A stretch of 61,665 nucleotides of DNA, filler included, from Deltaproteobacteria bacterium (lineage in GTDB: Bacteria > JAUYMQ01), in NCBI GenBank assembly GCA_030698575.1. It is 11 parts of 11 records of this genome, joined end to end, with 100 filler letters (N's around TTAATTAATTAA, not from the genome) between each part and the next. Parts side by side here need not be neighbours in the genome. Positions count along the whole stretch, not along the records: positions 28,976 to 32,180 come from JAUYMQ010000605.1; positions 32,281 to 35,970 come from JAUYMQ010000608.1; positions 36,071 to 38,912 come from JAUYMQ010000616.1; 8 more parts are not named here. One strand, 5' to 3'. This document shows, piece after piece, positions 29,099 to 37,786 of this stretch (the stretch's first letter is position 1; each line of letters begins with the position of its first letter). The notes beneath the pieces are model-generated. The model was not told the DNA's origin and did not search any database. It saw only the letters and a list, made by a program, of their open reading frames with translations. Position numbers and translations under genes: made by a program.

Positions 29099-29362
29099 TC
29101 AGGAAGCTCCTGGAGCAGCTGTGGCGCTGACGCGGGCGCCGCCGAGCTTGCCCGCCCCCACGAGGCCCACGAAGAAGGCGTAGAGCTGATCCTACTCGTC
29201 GTAGCGCGCCTGGCCCAGCCGTGCCACGGTGTCCTCGCGCAGGCTGCGGTACATCTCGAGCCGGCGCCGCAGGATCTCGATCTCGCCTACGCTCCGCGAC
29301 AGGAATGCCCCGAGGTAGCTTCCGATGGCTCCAGCGCCGACGAAGAGGAGCTTCTGGCCCAT
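29099..29362 (-). pseudogene. Chimeric remnant: ketopantoate-reductase-like N-terminus joined to an unrelated C-terminal segment, with in-frame TAG
   Basis: MGQKLLFVGAGAIGSYLGAFLSR then EILRRRLEMYRSLREDTVARLGQARYDE*DQLYAFFVGLV; TAG at 29192-29194. Confidence 0.5.
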
Positions 29363-29399
29363 GTGTCCCTCCCGGTGTGGGGCGTGCCCTCGGCATTAT

Positions 29400-30090
29400 G
29401 ACACCTCCACAGCTGGTATCTGACCTTCATGGTGGAGGGCAAGAAGCGGGTGGAACGGATTCCGGCGGCGTGGGTCGCGGAGGTGCGGCGGCGGGTGGAC
29501 GCCGGGCGGGAGTTCAAGCAGGCGGTGGCGGAGGTCTTGGCGGCGAATGCGCAACTGCTGGTGCTCGAGCGGCAGCAGGGCGGACGGTGAGGCGGCCGAC
29601 GCCGCGGCGGCTGTGGGGAAGTACGTGCGGAGCAGCCACCCACGGTGACGTTTGAGGAGCGCGGCGAGCGCATCGAGATCTGGGCCGCCGCCGACTCCGA
29701 CCCGTGGGAGGCGCTGCGCTGGCCGACGGTGCGAGTGCTGCGCTATCGGCAGCACCAGCCCACTGGCCTGGTGGTCGAAGCGTACTGGCTCACGGACTTG
29801 CCGCCCCAGCGCGTCAGTAGTCCGCTCGTCTACGGGTTTGCCAAGAGTCGGTGGGAGATCGAAAACGAGGGCTTCAACGACGGCAAGACTCGGCACGGCA
29901 TGGAGCACCTCAGCCATCACCACGCCAACAGCTTGCTGGTCGGCTGGCTGCTGACGGTCTTGGCCGCGACGATTGAGCGGCTGTACCGGCTGCGGTACCT
30001 GCATCGCGGCGCGCACCGGCCTGCGACATCGAGTTCGTGCGCTTGCTCCGGCTCAGTCTCTGTCCTCGACGCGCGCCCGACACCAGCTGA
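29400..30090 (+). mobile_element. Decayed IS: truncated DUF6788-like accessory ORF (to 29590) plus internally deleted, frameshifted DDE transposase (IS4/ISAs1-like)
   Basis: WYLTFMVEGKKRVERIP...; SRWEIENEGFNDGK (R-x3-E-x-K region); C-terminus RLLRLSL..DTS* lies in another frame. Confidence 0.7.
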
Positions 30091-30439
30091 CGCCCGACCC
30101 CGCCCCCGCGTGCGCCGCACGAGCCACTACGCGGGTCATCGCCCCGCCGGCCGTGCTGTCTGCCCACTCGTGTTGGCGGCCGGCCGAATGGGCCGCGCGG
30201 CCCTCGCGACGATAGCCCCGCTGCCGACCACCCGGTCACTGCCCGTCCTTGAATCGATCCAGTCGGCTTGCTGAGCCCAAGTTCCGAAACGCTTGTCTCG
30301 TCGACCGTTGCCATTGACACCCCGAGTAGGCCCACGTAAACTCCGACGCGTGCCGGGTGGTCGTCACGCCTCGTCCTCACGGGTCGTCCGACCGTCGGGT
30401 AGGGGGTTGTCTCGCCAACGGGAGCCGAAGGAGGGCGCC

Positions 30440-31669
30440 ATGAAACGATTGCTTCTCTTTGTCAGCGCCGCGGTGCTCGGTCTCATTGCCCTGAGGGTTG
30501 GGACGCCTCTGCCGGTCTCGGCGCAGCAGGATCCCATCAAGGTCGGCATTATCTACGGCCTCGGCGGCGCCGCCGCTCCGTACACGAAGCCGGCCATCAC
30601 CGGCCACGAGCTCGCCGTGGACGAGATCAACAACAAGGGAGGGCTCCTAGGGCGCAAGCTCCAGCTGGTGATCCGGGACGACCAGTCCAAGCCCGACGTG
30701 GGGATCCGCGAAGCCCGGGATTTGATCCTGAAGGAGAAGGTAGACTTCCTCATGGGGGTCATCCACAGTGGGGTGGGGCTGGGGATCTCGGAAGTGGCCA
30801 AGGAGTACAAGAAACTTTACCTGAACACGATCGCCAAGACGGCGGCGCTGACGGAAGAGAAGGGGCACCGCTATGTCTTCCGCTCCGCGTCCAATACCTC
30901 GATTGAGGGGCGGGCCGCCGCCATCCTCATGGCGGACAAGCCCTTCAAGCGCTACGCCGTGATCGGCCCCGACTACGAGTACGGGCACCGGCTGGTCGAT
31001 GACTTCATGAACTATCTCAAGAAGCTCAAGCCCGATGTCCAGGTGGTCGGCGAGGCGTGGCCCAAGTTCGGTGAGCGCGACTTTACGGCTCACGTCAACG
31101 CGCTTCTCCAGGCCAAGCCCGAGATGGTCTTCTCCTCCCTCTGGGGCGGCGACGCGATCGCCTTCGTCAAGCAGGCCAAGCCGTACGGCTTCTTCCAGAA
31201 GACCCAGTACATGAACATCGCGGCAGGCGACCTGGACGTGGTGGTCCCGCTGGGCGCCGAGACGCCCGAGGGCATCTGGGCCTCGTCGAACTACGCCTTC
31301 TACCATCCCGACACGCCGGCCAATCGCGAGTTCGTCGCCAAGTATCGGGCCAAGGCGGGCGAGCTGCCGCCCTCAGGCGCGTTCTTCGGATACGTCGGGA
31401 CGTACTTCCTGGCGGAGGCGATCAAGAAGGCCAAGAGCGTGGACACCGAGAAGGTCATCGACGCTCTCGAAGGGCTGACCATCGAGACGCCGATCGGGCC
31501 GCTCACCATGCGGGCGTACGATCATCAGGCCACCAAGGGACAGTACTGGGGACGCCTCAAGCGGGTGCCCGAGCACCCGTTCCCGATTCTGGGGGACATT
31601 CAGCTCATCGGCGGTGAGAAGACGCTCCGCCCCGTGGACGAGATCAAGGCGATGCGGGGGACCAAGTAG
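30440..31669 (+). CDS. Branched-chain amino acid (LivK-like) ABC substrate-binding protein
   Basis: GGAGG RBS, signal peptide, INNKGGLLGR, RDDQSKP, PDYEYG. Confidence 0.9.
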   Translation: MKRLLLFVSAAVLGLIALRVGTPLPVSAQQDPIKVGIIYGLGGAAAPYTKPAITGHELAVDEINNKGGLLGRKLQLVIRDDQSKPDVGIREARDLILKEKVDFLMGVIHSGVGLGISEVAKEYKKLYLNTIAKTAALTEEKGHRYVFRSASNTSIEGRAAAILMADKPFKRYAVIGPDYEYGHRLVDDFMNYLKKLKPDVQVVGEAWPKFGERDFTAHVNALLQAKPEMVFSSLWGGDAIAFVKQAKPYGFFQKTQYMNIAAGDLDVVVPLGAETPEGIWASSNYAFYHPDTPANREFVAKYRAKAGELPPSGAFFGYVGTYFLAEAIKKAKSVDTEKVIDALEGLTIETPIGPLTMRAYDHQATKGQYWGRLKRVPEHPFPILGDIQLIGGEKTLRPVDEIKAMRGTK

Positions 31670-31741
31670 CGCCGCCGTGCGCCATTCGAGCGCTGCCGCC
31701 TGGGCCCGCGGGGAGGCCGTGCTCCCTCCGGGCCGCCGCTC

Positions 31742-32180
31742 ATGCCTGACCTCAGCGCCCTGACCGATCCCGGCTTCATCGCCGTGCAGTGCTTGAACGG
31801 GCTGACGCAGGCGATGTTCCTCTTCCTGATCGCTTCGGGTCTCTCGCTTATCTTCGGGGTGCTGGGCGTGCTCAACTTCGCCCACGGTTCGCTCTACATG
31901 CTCGGGGCGTATCTCAGCTACACGGTCGCGTCCCTCTTCGTCGGTTCCCCAGTCGGCTTTTGGCTCGCCCTTGTTCTGGGCTCGGTCGGGGTCGCCCTCC
32001 TGGGTGGGATCGTCGAGTCGGTCTTCCTCAGGCCCGTCTACGGGCGAGAGGAGCTGGATCAGCTCCTCGTGACCTACGCCTTTGTGCTGATCATCGGCGA
32101 TCTCGTCAAGATGGCGTGGGGATCTGACAATCGTTCCGCTTCCCGGCCGTTGCTCCTGGCTGGATCTGTGGACATCGCGG
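31742..32180 (+). CDS. Branched-chain amino acid ABC permease (LivH-like), 3' truncated
   Basis: NGL..., GLSLIFGVLGVLNFAHG. Confidence 0.9.
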
Positions 32181-32280
32181 NNNNNNNNNNNNNNNNNNNN
32201 NNNNNNNNNNNNNNNNNNNNNNNNTTAATTAATTAANNNNNNNNNNNNNNNNNNNNNNNNNNNNNNNNNNNNNNNNNNNN

Positions 32281-32310
32281 AACAAGCTCAAGCTGCAGGG
32301 CCTCGCCTGA
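32281..32310 (+). CDS. Possible 3' tail of a sigma54-dependent activator (Fis-type HTH)
   Basis: Only NKLKLQGLA* is visible; resembles the TLRNKL tail of NtrC-family proteins; sigma54 site lies downstream. Confidence 0.35.
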   Translation, partial: NKLKLQGLA

Positions 32311-32550
32311 TCCCTCCTTCGCGCCACAGCCGCGACAGATGATTGCCGGCTCCTCAGCGCCGCTCCAGGATTGTGCTGACAGACACCGGGAGGGGACGCC
32401 GAACGCGCCGGGTGACGACAAATTGTGTAACTTTCGCCGGCCGCCAGCCCGTCCGCGCGACCCGGGCGCGCGCGCGGGCGGCCGGTATTTTCCTTTTGCT
32501 GCAGCCACTTGCGGCCACTTCACCGCCGAAGCCCGCCCGCCGCCCCTACC

Positions 32551-32566
32551 TGGCACGACACTAGCT
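32551..32566 (+). promoter_or_regulatory. Sigma54 (-24/-12) promoter
   Basis: TGGCACGACACTAGCT = TGGCAC-N5-TAGC, exact GG-N10-GC; palindrome ACAAATTGT at 32418-32426 is a candidate upstream activator site. Confidence 0.7.
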
Positions 32567-32627
32567 TTATCCACTTCTCGGGAACCGCCCGCGCGTCGGG
32601 CGGCCCGGAACAGAAAAGTTGTTCGCA

Positions 32628-32715
32628 CCATCGCAAGAGGGCAAACCATCCGTAAGGGTGGGACGCAAAGTCTCCGGACCTTTCGCCGGGCGAGAGGTTA
32701 GCGGGACTGTCGAGG
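32628..32715 (+). ncRNA. Cyclic dinucleotide riboswitch, c-di-GMP-I (GEMM-I) class
   Basis: GGGCAAACCATCC-GTAA-GGGTGGGACGCAAAGTCTCCGG...GGTTAGCGGGACT; aligns by eye to the Vc2 aptamer with GNRA tetraloop and compensatory P3 pairs. Confidence 0.93.
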
Positions 32716-32732
32716 AAGCGAACCCCGACACG

Positions 32733-32770
32733 GCCCCTTCAGGTGTGATCTCTGGAGGGGCTTCTTTTTT
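32733..32770 (+). terminator. Intrinsic terminator forming the riboswitch expression platform
   Basis: GCCCCTTCAGG/TCTGGAGGGGC stem followed by TTCTTTTTT, upstream of the RBS at about 32780. Confidence 0.85.
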
Positions 32771-32790
32771 GCCCGGTTTGGAGGGAAACC

Positions 32791-33135
32791 ATGGCCAGGA
32801 CGCAATCACGCAGAGAGAAACCCGGAGCCAATCAAACGCTTCGCGGGGCCGCCGACAGAGCGGCGTACCCGGAGCTTCAGGAGCTGCCGCTCACCATGAC
32901 GGCGCCGGCGCACCCCTCTTCGGGGGGCCCGGAGCACGCTCCGCCCCTTCCAGCCTCGGCGGCCAGCGGTGTCTTCGTGCTGGACATCAGTGAGAACCTG
33001 GAGGTTACGGGCAAGTTCATCTGCAAGGTTCCGGTGGGCAACGACGTGCTCCACTGCGGCTGTGGGGGCGTTCTGAGCCAGCGCTTCAACGAATCGCTCT
33101 TCTGCAGGACCTGTGGAAAGGAGGGGTCGCACTGA
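32791..33135 (+). CDS. Small hypothetical protein with C-terminal zinc-ribbon-like Cys motif
   Basis: GGAGGG RBS; CGC...CRTC; directly downstream of the riboswitch. Confidence 0.7.
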   Translation: MARTQSRREKPGANQTLRGAADRAAYPELQELPLTMTAPAHPSSGGPEHAPPLPASAASGVFVLDISENLEVTGKFICKVPVGNDVLHCGCGGVLSQRFNESLFCRTCGKEGSH

Positions 33136-33205
33136 TCGGCCAGGCATCCTGACATCTCCCCGGCTTCGCGCCGGACTTCATCCCCCTCATGAATCATCCG
33201 GCGCG

Positions 33206-33239
33206 AAAAGAAACGCCGCGGCAACCGCCGCGGCGTTTC
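33206..33239 (-). terminator. Terminator between convergent genes (possibly bidirectional)
   Basis: GAAACGCCGCGGC-AACC-GCCGCGGCGTTTC with a T run on the minus strand. Confidence 0.75.
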
Positions 33240-33263
33240 GCTTCAACCTCTGATGGATCGCAC

Positions 33264-33590
33264 TCAGGCGGTCTTGAAGAGGTTCTGAAGCTTCATGGCG
33301 AGGGACATGTCGCCCTTGATCTTGAGCTTCCCGCTCATGAACGCCATCTGTCCGTTGAGCTTGCCGTTCACGAGGTCGAGATAGTCCTTCGACGTCATGG
33401 TGATCGTGATGTTGGGGCTGGCGTGCGTTCCTTCCTTGACCTCGAGAGCGCCGTCCTTGATCTCGTTGTAGAACTGCGCGCCATCGTCGCCCGTGATGTC
33501 GTACTGGTAGATGGCGTTCATGCCCTTGGCGGCCTCGGCATTGAACGACCCAGCCATCCCCGCAATCACTTCCTTGATGGTATCAGGCAT
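33264..33590 (-). CDS. SCP2 sterol/lipid-binding domain protein
   Basis: YQYDITG, GKLNGQMAFMSGKLKIKGDMSLAMKL. Confidence 0.92.
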   Translation of the reverse strand: MPDTIKEVIAGMAGSFNAEAAKGMNAIYQYDITGDDGAQFYNEIKDGALEVKEGTHASPNITITMTSKDYLDLVNGKLNGQMAFMSGKLKIKGDMSLAMKLQNLFKTA

Positions 33591-33938
33591 CTGTCCTCTC
33601 CTCTGATTTGATTTGACGTCGCCTTGGAAGCGACGCGCTGAAACGGAATAGCGTGGCGGATCCCATCCGCCGACTTTCACGGTAAGCGCACACCAGGTTA
33701 CCGCCCGGTCGCCGGGGCGTGCTTCTTGCTGAACGCCCTAAGGGCGCGGACATTATAGGCTGATCGCCCCAAAAGCAAAAGGCCGCCCCAGGAATGGCCT
33801 CTTTTCTGCAGTTGGATGAGGCCTTCCCTGGGCAGCGGGCCGAGGCATCGCGGAGATTACACGCGATCATGCGGGCATATACCCACTCATCCAGCTCAGA
33901 CTTTGCGTAAATCGCGCAAGAATAGCGCGCCCTGCTCC

Positions 33939-35234
33939 TCACGCGTTCCCCAGGGGGCGGAGCTCCCCGCGAACCGTGGGAAGCACATAGGGCCCTTCGG
34001 GAATGACGGCCACGCGCGCCCCTTCTCCATGACGGGCCAGCGCTTCGCTGAGGGCCGCCTCCACGGTCTGCGCGCGGCGCACCAGAGCTTCTCCGAGAAG
34101 CGCCGGCGGAATCCCCTCGCTCACGACCGTCACGCGCGCCTTGCGGAGCACCTGGCAGAGGTGCTGGAGCATCCACTGGTCCGGCACGAAAAATGCCGGA
34201 TCGAAAAGCCGCGTCATGAACCTTTCTGCGCTCTCGGTTTCGGAAAGCAAACGGCTGAAATCCGGACTCCCGAGCCCCTCCGACATCCTCGAGGCGAGGA
34301 TGATGTCGCCTCCAGGGCGAATGATGTTGAGGCAGCCAATCATCCCCTTGATCGACTGGTAGAAAGTGGCGTCGATCGGAAATCCCCCGCCGCTCGTCAC
34401 GGCTACGTCCACCGGTTCGTCAATGCGCCGGATGGTATCCCCCCCGGCCTTCCGCACGCCGGCCATGAAAGCGGCTTCGAGATCCCCGGCGAAGACGCCG
34501 GTCAGCTGCTTCTCGCGATTCACGGTGCAGTTCAGGATGAAATCGGCGCCCGTCCGGCGGGCGATGTCGAGGATGTCCTCGTGAAAGGGATTCCCCTCGA
34601 GAATCCCGTTGCCGATGTTTCCCTCGAGCATCTGCGGCCCGTGCTCGATGCGCAACATGTCGATTGAGGCGAGGCCCGGACAGATGGCCTTTCTTCCCCC
34701 GGAGTATCCCGCCATGAGATGAGGCTCGATGAGCCCCGTGAGGATCTTGAGATCTGCCTCGACGTAGCGGCGATCGATGGCGATGGGGGTTCCCGCAGCC
34801 GACGCTCCGAGCCGTGCGTGGCTCTCACGGTCGCGGCCGTCATGACTTTCGATGCGGTAGCCCTCCGCGATTCCGGACCCGAGCATTTCCCGGAGCTCCG
34901 CCTGCGAAGCAGCCCGGTGAAGCCCAGTGGCCACGAGAATGAGAACGCGGTCCCGGGGGATCCCCGCCGCGTCGAGAATCTCGAGGAGTGGTGGAAGGAG
35001 ATCCCGGTAGGGAATCGGCCGGGTCCGATCGGAGATCACCACGCAGGCGCCAGTGCGCCCCGCGGCAATCCGGGAGAGCGGCCGGCTCCTGATCGGAGCC
35101 TGCAGCGCGGCTGTCACGGCCCCTCGCGGATCCGGAAGCGGGGGGTCAGGAGCAAGACAGATGATCTCGGCAAGGTGCTTGTCCGGGATCTCGACCGGAA
35201 GCCTTCCCGTGCCGTAGGCAAGATCGATGAGCAC
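33939..35234 (-). CDS. larA: Nickel-pincer-dependent lactate racemase family protein
   Basis: SDRTRP, ATGLHR, EPHLMAGYSGGRKAICPG, YQSIKG, PDQW. Confidence 0.85.
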   Translation of the reverse strand: MLIDLAYGTGRLPVEIPDKHLAEIICLAPDPPLPDPRGAVTAALQAPIRSRPLSRIAAGRTGACVVISDRTRPIPYRDLLPPLLEILDAAGIPRDRVLILVATGLHRAASQAELREMLGSGIAEGYRIESHDGRDRESHARLGASAAGTPIAIDRRYVEADLKILTGLIEPHLMAGYSGGRKAICPGLASIDMLRIEHGPQMLEGNIGNGILEGNPFHEDILDIARRTGADFILNCTVNREKQLTGVFAGDLEAAFMAGVRKAGGDTIRRIDEPVDVAVTSGGGFPIDATFYQSIKGMIGCLNIIRPGGDIILASRMSEGLGSPDFSRLLSETESAERFMTRLFDPAFFVPDQWMLQHLCQVLRKARVTVVSEGIPPALLGEALVRRAQTVEAALSEALARHGEGARVAVIPEGPYVLPTVRGELRPLGNA

Positions 35235-35321
35235 CCCGCACCTCTCCGGCAAAATATAAGACAGGAAATCAAACGAACGAAAGCTCAGGATAGCAGAGGC
35301 GGGACATTTCCAGAAAGCAGC

Positions 35322-35970
35322 CTAGTGGAAGTCGGGCTCGCTCACCGTGAAGGAGACGGACTCGCCGACTTCCACCACGACATCGGTACCGGCCATCTGG
35401 AGCGCCACCGATCCGAACTGTATCTCGCCGACGTGAATTCCCTGCACGTCGTCACCCTCTCGCACCTTCCTCGCCGGCCCTTTCCCAATTTTGATCCGCG
35501 CCCACCGGTTCTCGGGCCGCGCGTGGTGAGTGACTTCGGTCACCGTCAGCATCGGGAAATCGGTCTCAATGAGCGGCATCGATTCGGGAGCGGGAGCCGG
35601 GGTGGGAGCGCCCGGGGGCGGTGCGGGGTCCTCCGCGGTGGCGACCCGCGCGGGGACCGCCGGGGGCGCGGGCGCCTCGGGCACCACGCGCGTGATCGGC
35701 CCCGGTCGATTATCGAGCGGGAGGGACGGTGCGGCGGACGGTTCGATCACGGCGACGGGCGCAGCCGGTGCGGGAGCGGGGACTTCAGCGGCAGCATCAG
35801 TGGGAGTATCACCGGGTACCCCAGCTGCGACATCAGCGGGCACAGCCGCCGGCAACGATGGCGCCGGCTCGGGGACAGGGGCCGCAGCGGGAGAAGGCCC
35901 CGGGGCCGGGGCAGCCGCCCCCTCCCCTGCTTCGCTCGCGGACGTGCTCGCCTGAAGGGCCGCGTACTTC
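35322..35970 (-). CDS. Pro/Ala-rich protein with GspB-like C-terminal domain (5' truncated)
   Basis: Long PA linker, then H..PENRWARI..VREGD.V.G..V.EI. Confidence 0.55.
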
Positions 35971-36070
35971 NNNNNNNNNNNNNNNNNNNNNNNNNNNNNN
36001 NNNNNNNNNNNNNNTTAATTAATTAANNNNNNNNNNNNNNNNNNNNNNNNNNNNNNNNNNNNNNNNNNNN

Positions 36071-36220
36071 GGCAACACACCCGCCGCAAGTCATGCCCTT
36101 GATGGTCAGGGTCGTCTTGTCTTCTTTGTTCGAGGGCGTAGCGCCGATCGCCCAAGGAGCCGGGGCCGACAACACCAGCAGCACGGGCAGGAGCAAACGG
36201 AGCCAACTGCGAAGTTTCAT
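36071..36220 (-). CDS. Exported heavy-metal-associated domain protein (MerP/CopZ-like), 3' truncated
   Basis: Signal peptide followed by GMTCGGC. Confidence 0.88.
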
Positions 36221-36238
36221 GTGAGCCTCCGAGGCCTT

Positions 36239-36583
36239 TCAAAAAAGGTAGCGTGAGTAATAGGGGAATGTCGCCGTCAGGACAACCACGAGTGTGACCA
36301 GCCAAAGGAGCATCTTTCCGATCCTGTTCGCCTTGGGCAGCTCGCAGGCGTTCCCGGGGCCGCAGGCGCCGGCCGGTCGCCGGTACGTCAGGAAGAACGC
36401 CAGGCCGAGGAAGGCAGCCGTCAGGGCAAGGAGATAGGGACGATACGGCGCCAGGGCCAGGGCCGACGCGGCTCCGCCGATCCCGACGATGGCGAGCACC
36501 AGCGGCCCAAGGCAGCAGGCCGAAGCCGCGAGGCCGGCCACGAGCGCTCCCGTGAGAGTCAGACCTTCTTTCGAGACTTTCAT
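36239..36583 (-). CDS. merT: MerT-family mercuric/metal transporter
   Basis: ASACCLGPL, PYRP, cytoplasmic Cys pair ACGPGNAC, FPY. Confidence 0.88.
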   Translation of the reverse strand: MKVSKEGLTLTGALVAGLAASACCLGPLVLAIVGIGGAASALALAPYRPYLLALTAAFLGLAFFLTYRRPAGACGPGNACELPKANRIGKMLLWLVTLVVVLTATFPYYSRYLF

Positions 36584-36589
36584 CTGCGT

Positions 36590-37042
36590 TTACTCCTCCT
36601 GCGCGGAATCGGTGCCTTGAACCGAAGCGAGGGCAGCCTTGACCTCCTTGTTGACGTCGCCGAGGCAGCAGGTGCCCCTCGGGTTAAGGACTTCACAACT
36701 GCACTCGCCCGCTTCCACCTTCGTCCTGATCGATGCAACCACCGTGCTCCGACCCGTCTTCTCGATCTCCTGCCGTATGCTCTCGGCGGTGTGATCGAAG
36801 CAGTAACAGATCGGCCGTGGAGCCTCCTTCTCCTTGAGCCCCACGCGGACGGTCAGGGCGTTTTTCTCGAGCGTCCGCCCGTCGTCGGTGAAATAGACGA
36901 CCTCGCAGTCGAGCCGATCGCAGAAGTACCACGCGCGGTCCTCGACGACGGCGGCATGCTCGCGGAGGACGAGGCTGCGCAACGTGACGAGAGGCACCGG
37001 CTTGCCTCGTTTGCCGGAGACGGGACAGAGCGCATTCGCCAT
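36590..37042 (-). CDS. CopZ N-terminal-like zinc / [2Fe-2S]-binding protein
   Basis: CP.SG, FC...C.VVYF, ICYCF, CSCEVLNP.GTCC. Confidence 0.8.
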   Translation of the reverse strand: MANALCPVSGKRGKPVPLVTLRSLVLREHAAVVEDRAWYFCDRLDCEVVYFTDDGRTLEKNALTVRVGLKEKEAPRPICYCFDHTAESIRQEIEKTGRSTVVASIRTKVEAGECSCEVLNPRGTCCLGDVNKEVKAALASVQGTDSAQEE

Positions 37043-37122
37043 GATTCTCTCCCCTGGGCGTCGAACGTCAGTCTTATCCGCCGCTGTTCAGATCGCCCGA
37101 CGGCATCGGTCCGACGTAGGAG

Positions 37123-37154
37123 AGTCTAGGCCTTGAACCTGGGTTCAAGGTCAA
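37123..37154 (-). promoter_or_regulatory. MerR-type promoter/operator (TTGACC-N20-TAGACT)
   Basis: Over-long 20-bp spacer containing the dyad CCTTGAACC..GGTTCAAGG (37131-37150). Confidence 0.85.
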
Positions 37155-37618
37155 GTGCGATTGGAGGATTCTCTCGAGGATGCGCGGCGGGGGGCCCGGG
37201 TCGTGGAGGCAGATGCAACAACCTTCAGCGTGTCCAAGACCTCGCAGCGCCCGCGGCGTTCGGTCCTGCGACACCTCCGGAGAGACGAGCGGAGGATGGC
37301 CTGCACATGGCGCAGCTGCCCGAGTCTCTTCTTGAGTTCCGACAGCCGCTCTTCAAGAAGGGTCTGGACCTCCCTGCAGGGGGCGGTCCGGCCATTCCGG
37401 AAGTCGAGCAGCGTCGTAATATCCTCGAGCGTGAGGCCGATGGCCTGGGCCGCGCGTATGAAGCGCAGACGCTCGAGCGCCTCAGGACCGTAGATCCGGT
37501 AGTTCCCCTCGGTCCTGCCGTCGGGCCGGAGAAGCCGGCTGCGCTCGTAGTAACGGACCGTCGAGGCAGGCACACCCACCTCCCGCGCCAGCCGGCCGAT
37601 GGTGTAGCGAGGCTCCAT
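37151..37618 (-). CDS. MerR-family divalent-metal-responsive regulator
   Basis: TIG.LA...TVRYYE HTH; Cys81, Cys116, Cys125. Confidence 0.92.
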   Translation of the reverse strand: MEPRYTIGRLAREVGVPASTVRYYERSRLLRPDGRTEGNYRIYGPEALERLRFIRAAQAIGLTLEDITTLLDFRNGRTAPCREVQTLLEERLSELKKRLGQLRHVQAILRSSLRRCRRTERRGRCEVLDTLKVVASASTTRAPRRASSRESSNRT

Positions 37619-37625
37619 CGCCTCT

Positions 37626-37654
37626 ACCCTAGCAAACCCTGCACCTCACTTCAA
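37626..37654 (-). promoter_or_regulatory. Candidate sigma70 promoter of the MerR gene (TTGAAG-N17-TAGGGT)
   Basis: 17-bp spacing, ends a few nt before the ATG. Confidence 0.45.
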
Positions 37655-37786
37655 CCCCCCGTCCGTCGTATCGAGACCTGTCAAGTTCGAACCTCGTTGA
37701 AGGTGTGGTCTGCCCCGGTTTAACGAGACACCTTCGGGTTTAGAAAGGAGTTACAGCAGGGTAGCGCATGTGGGACCGGGACAGGT

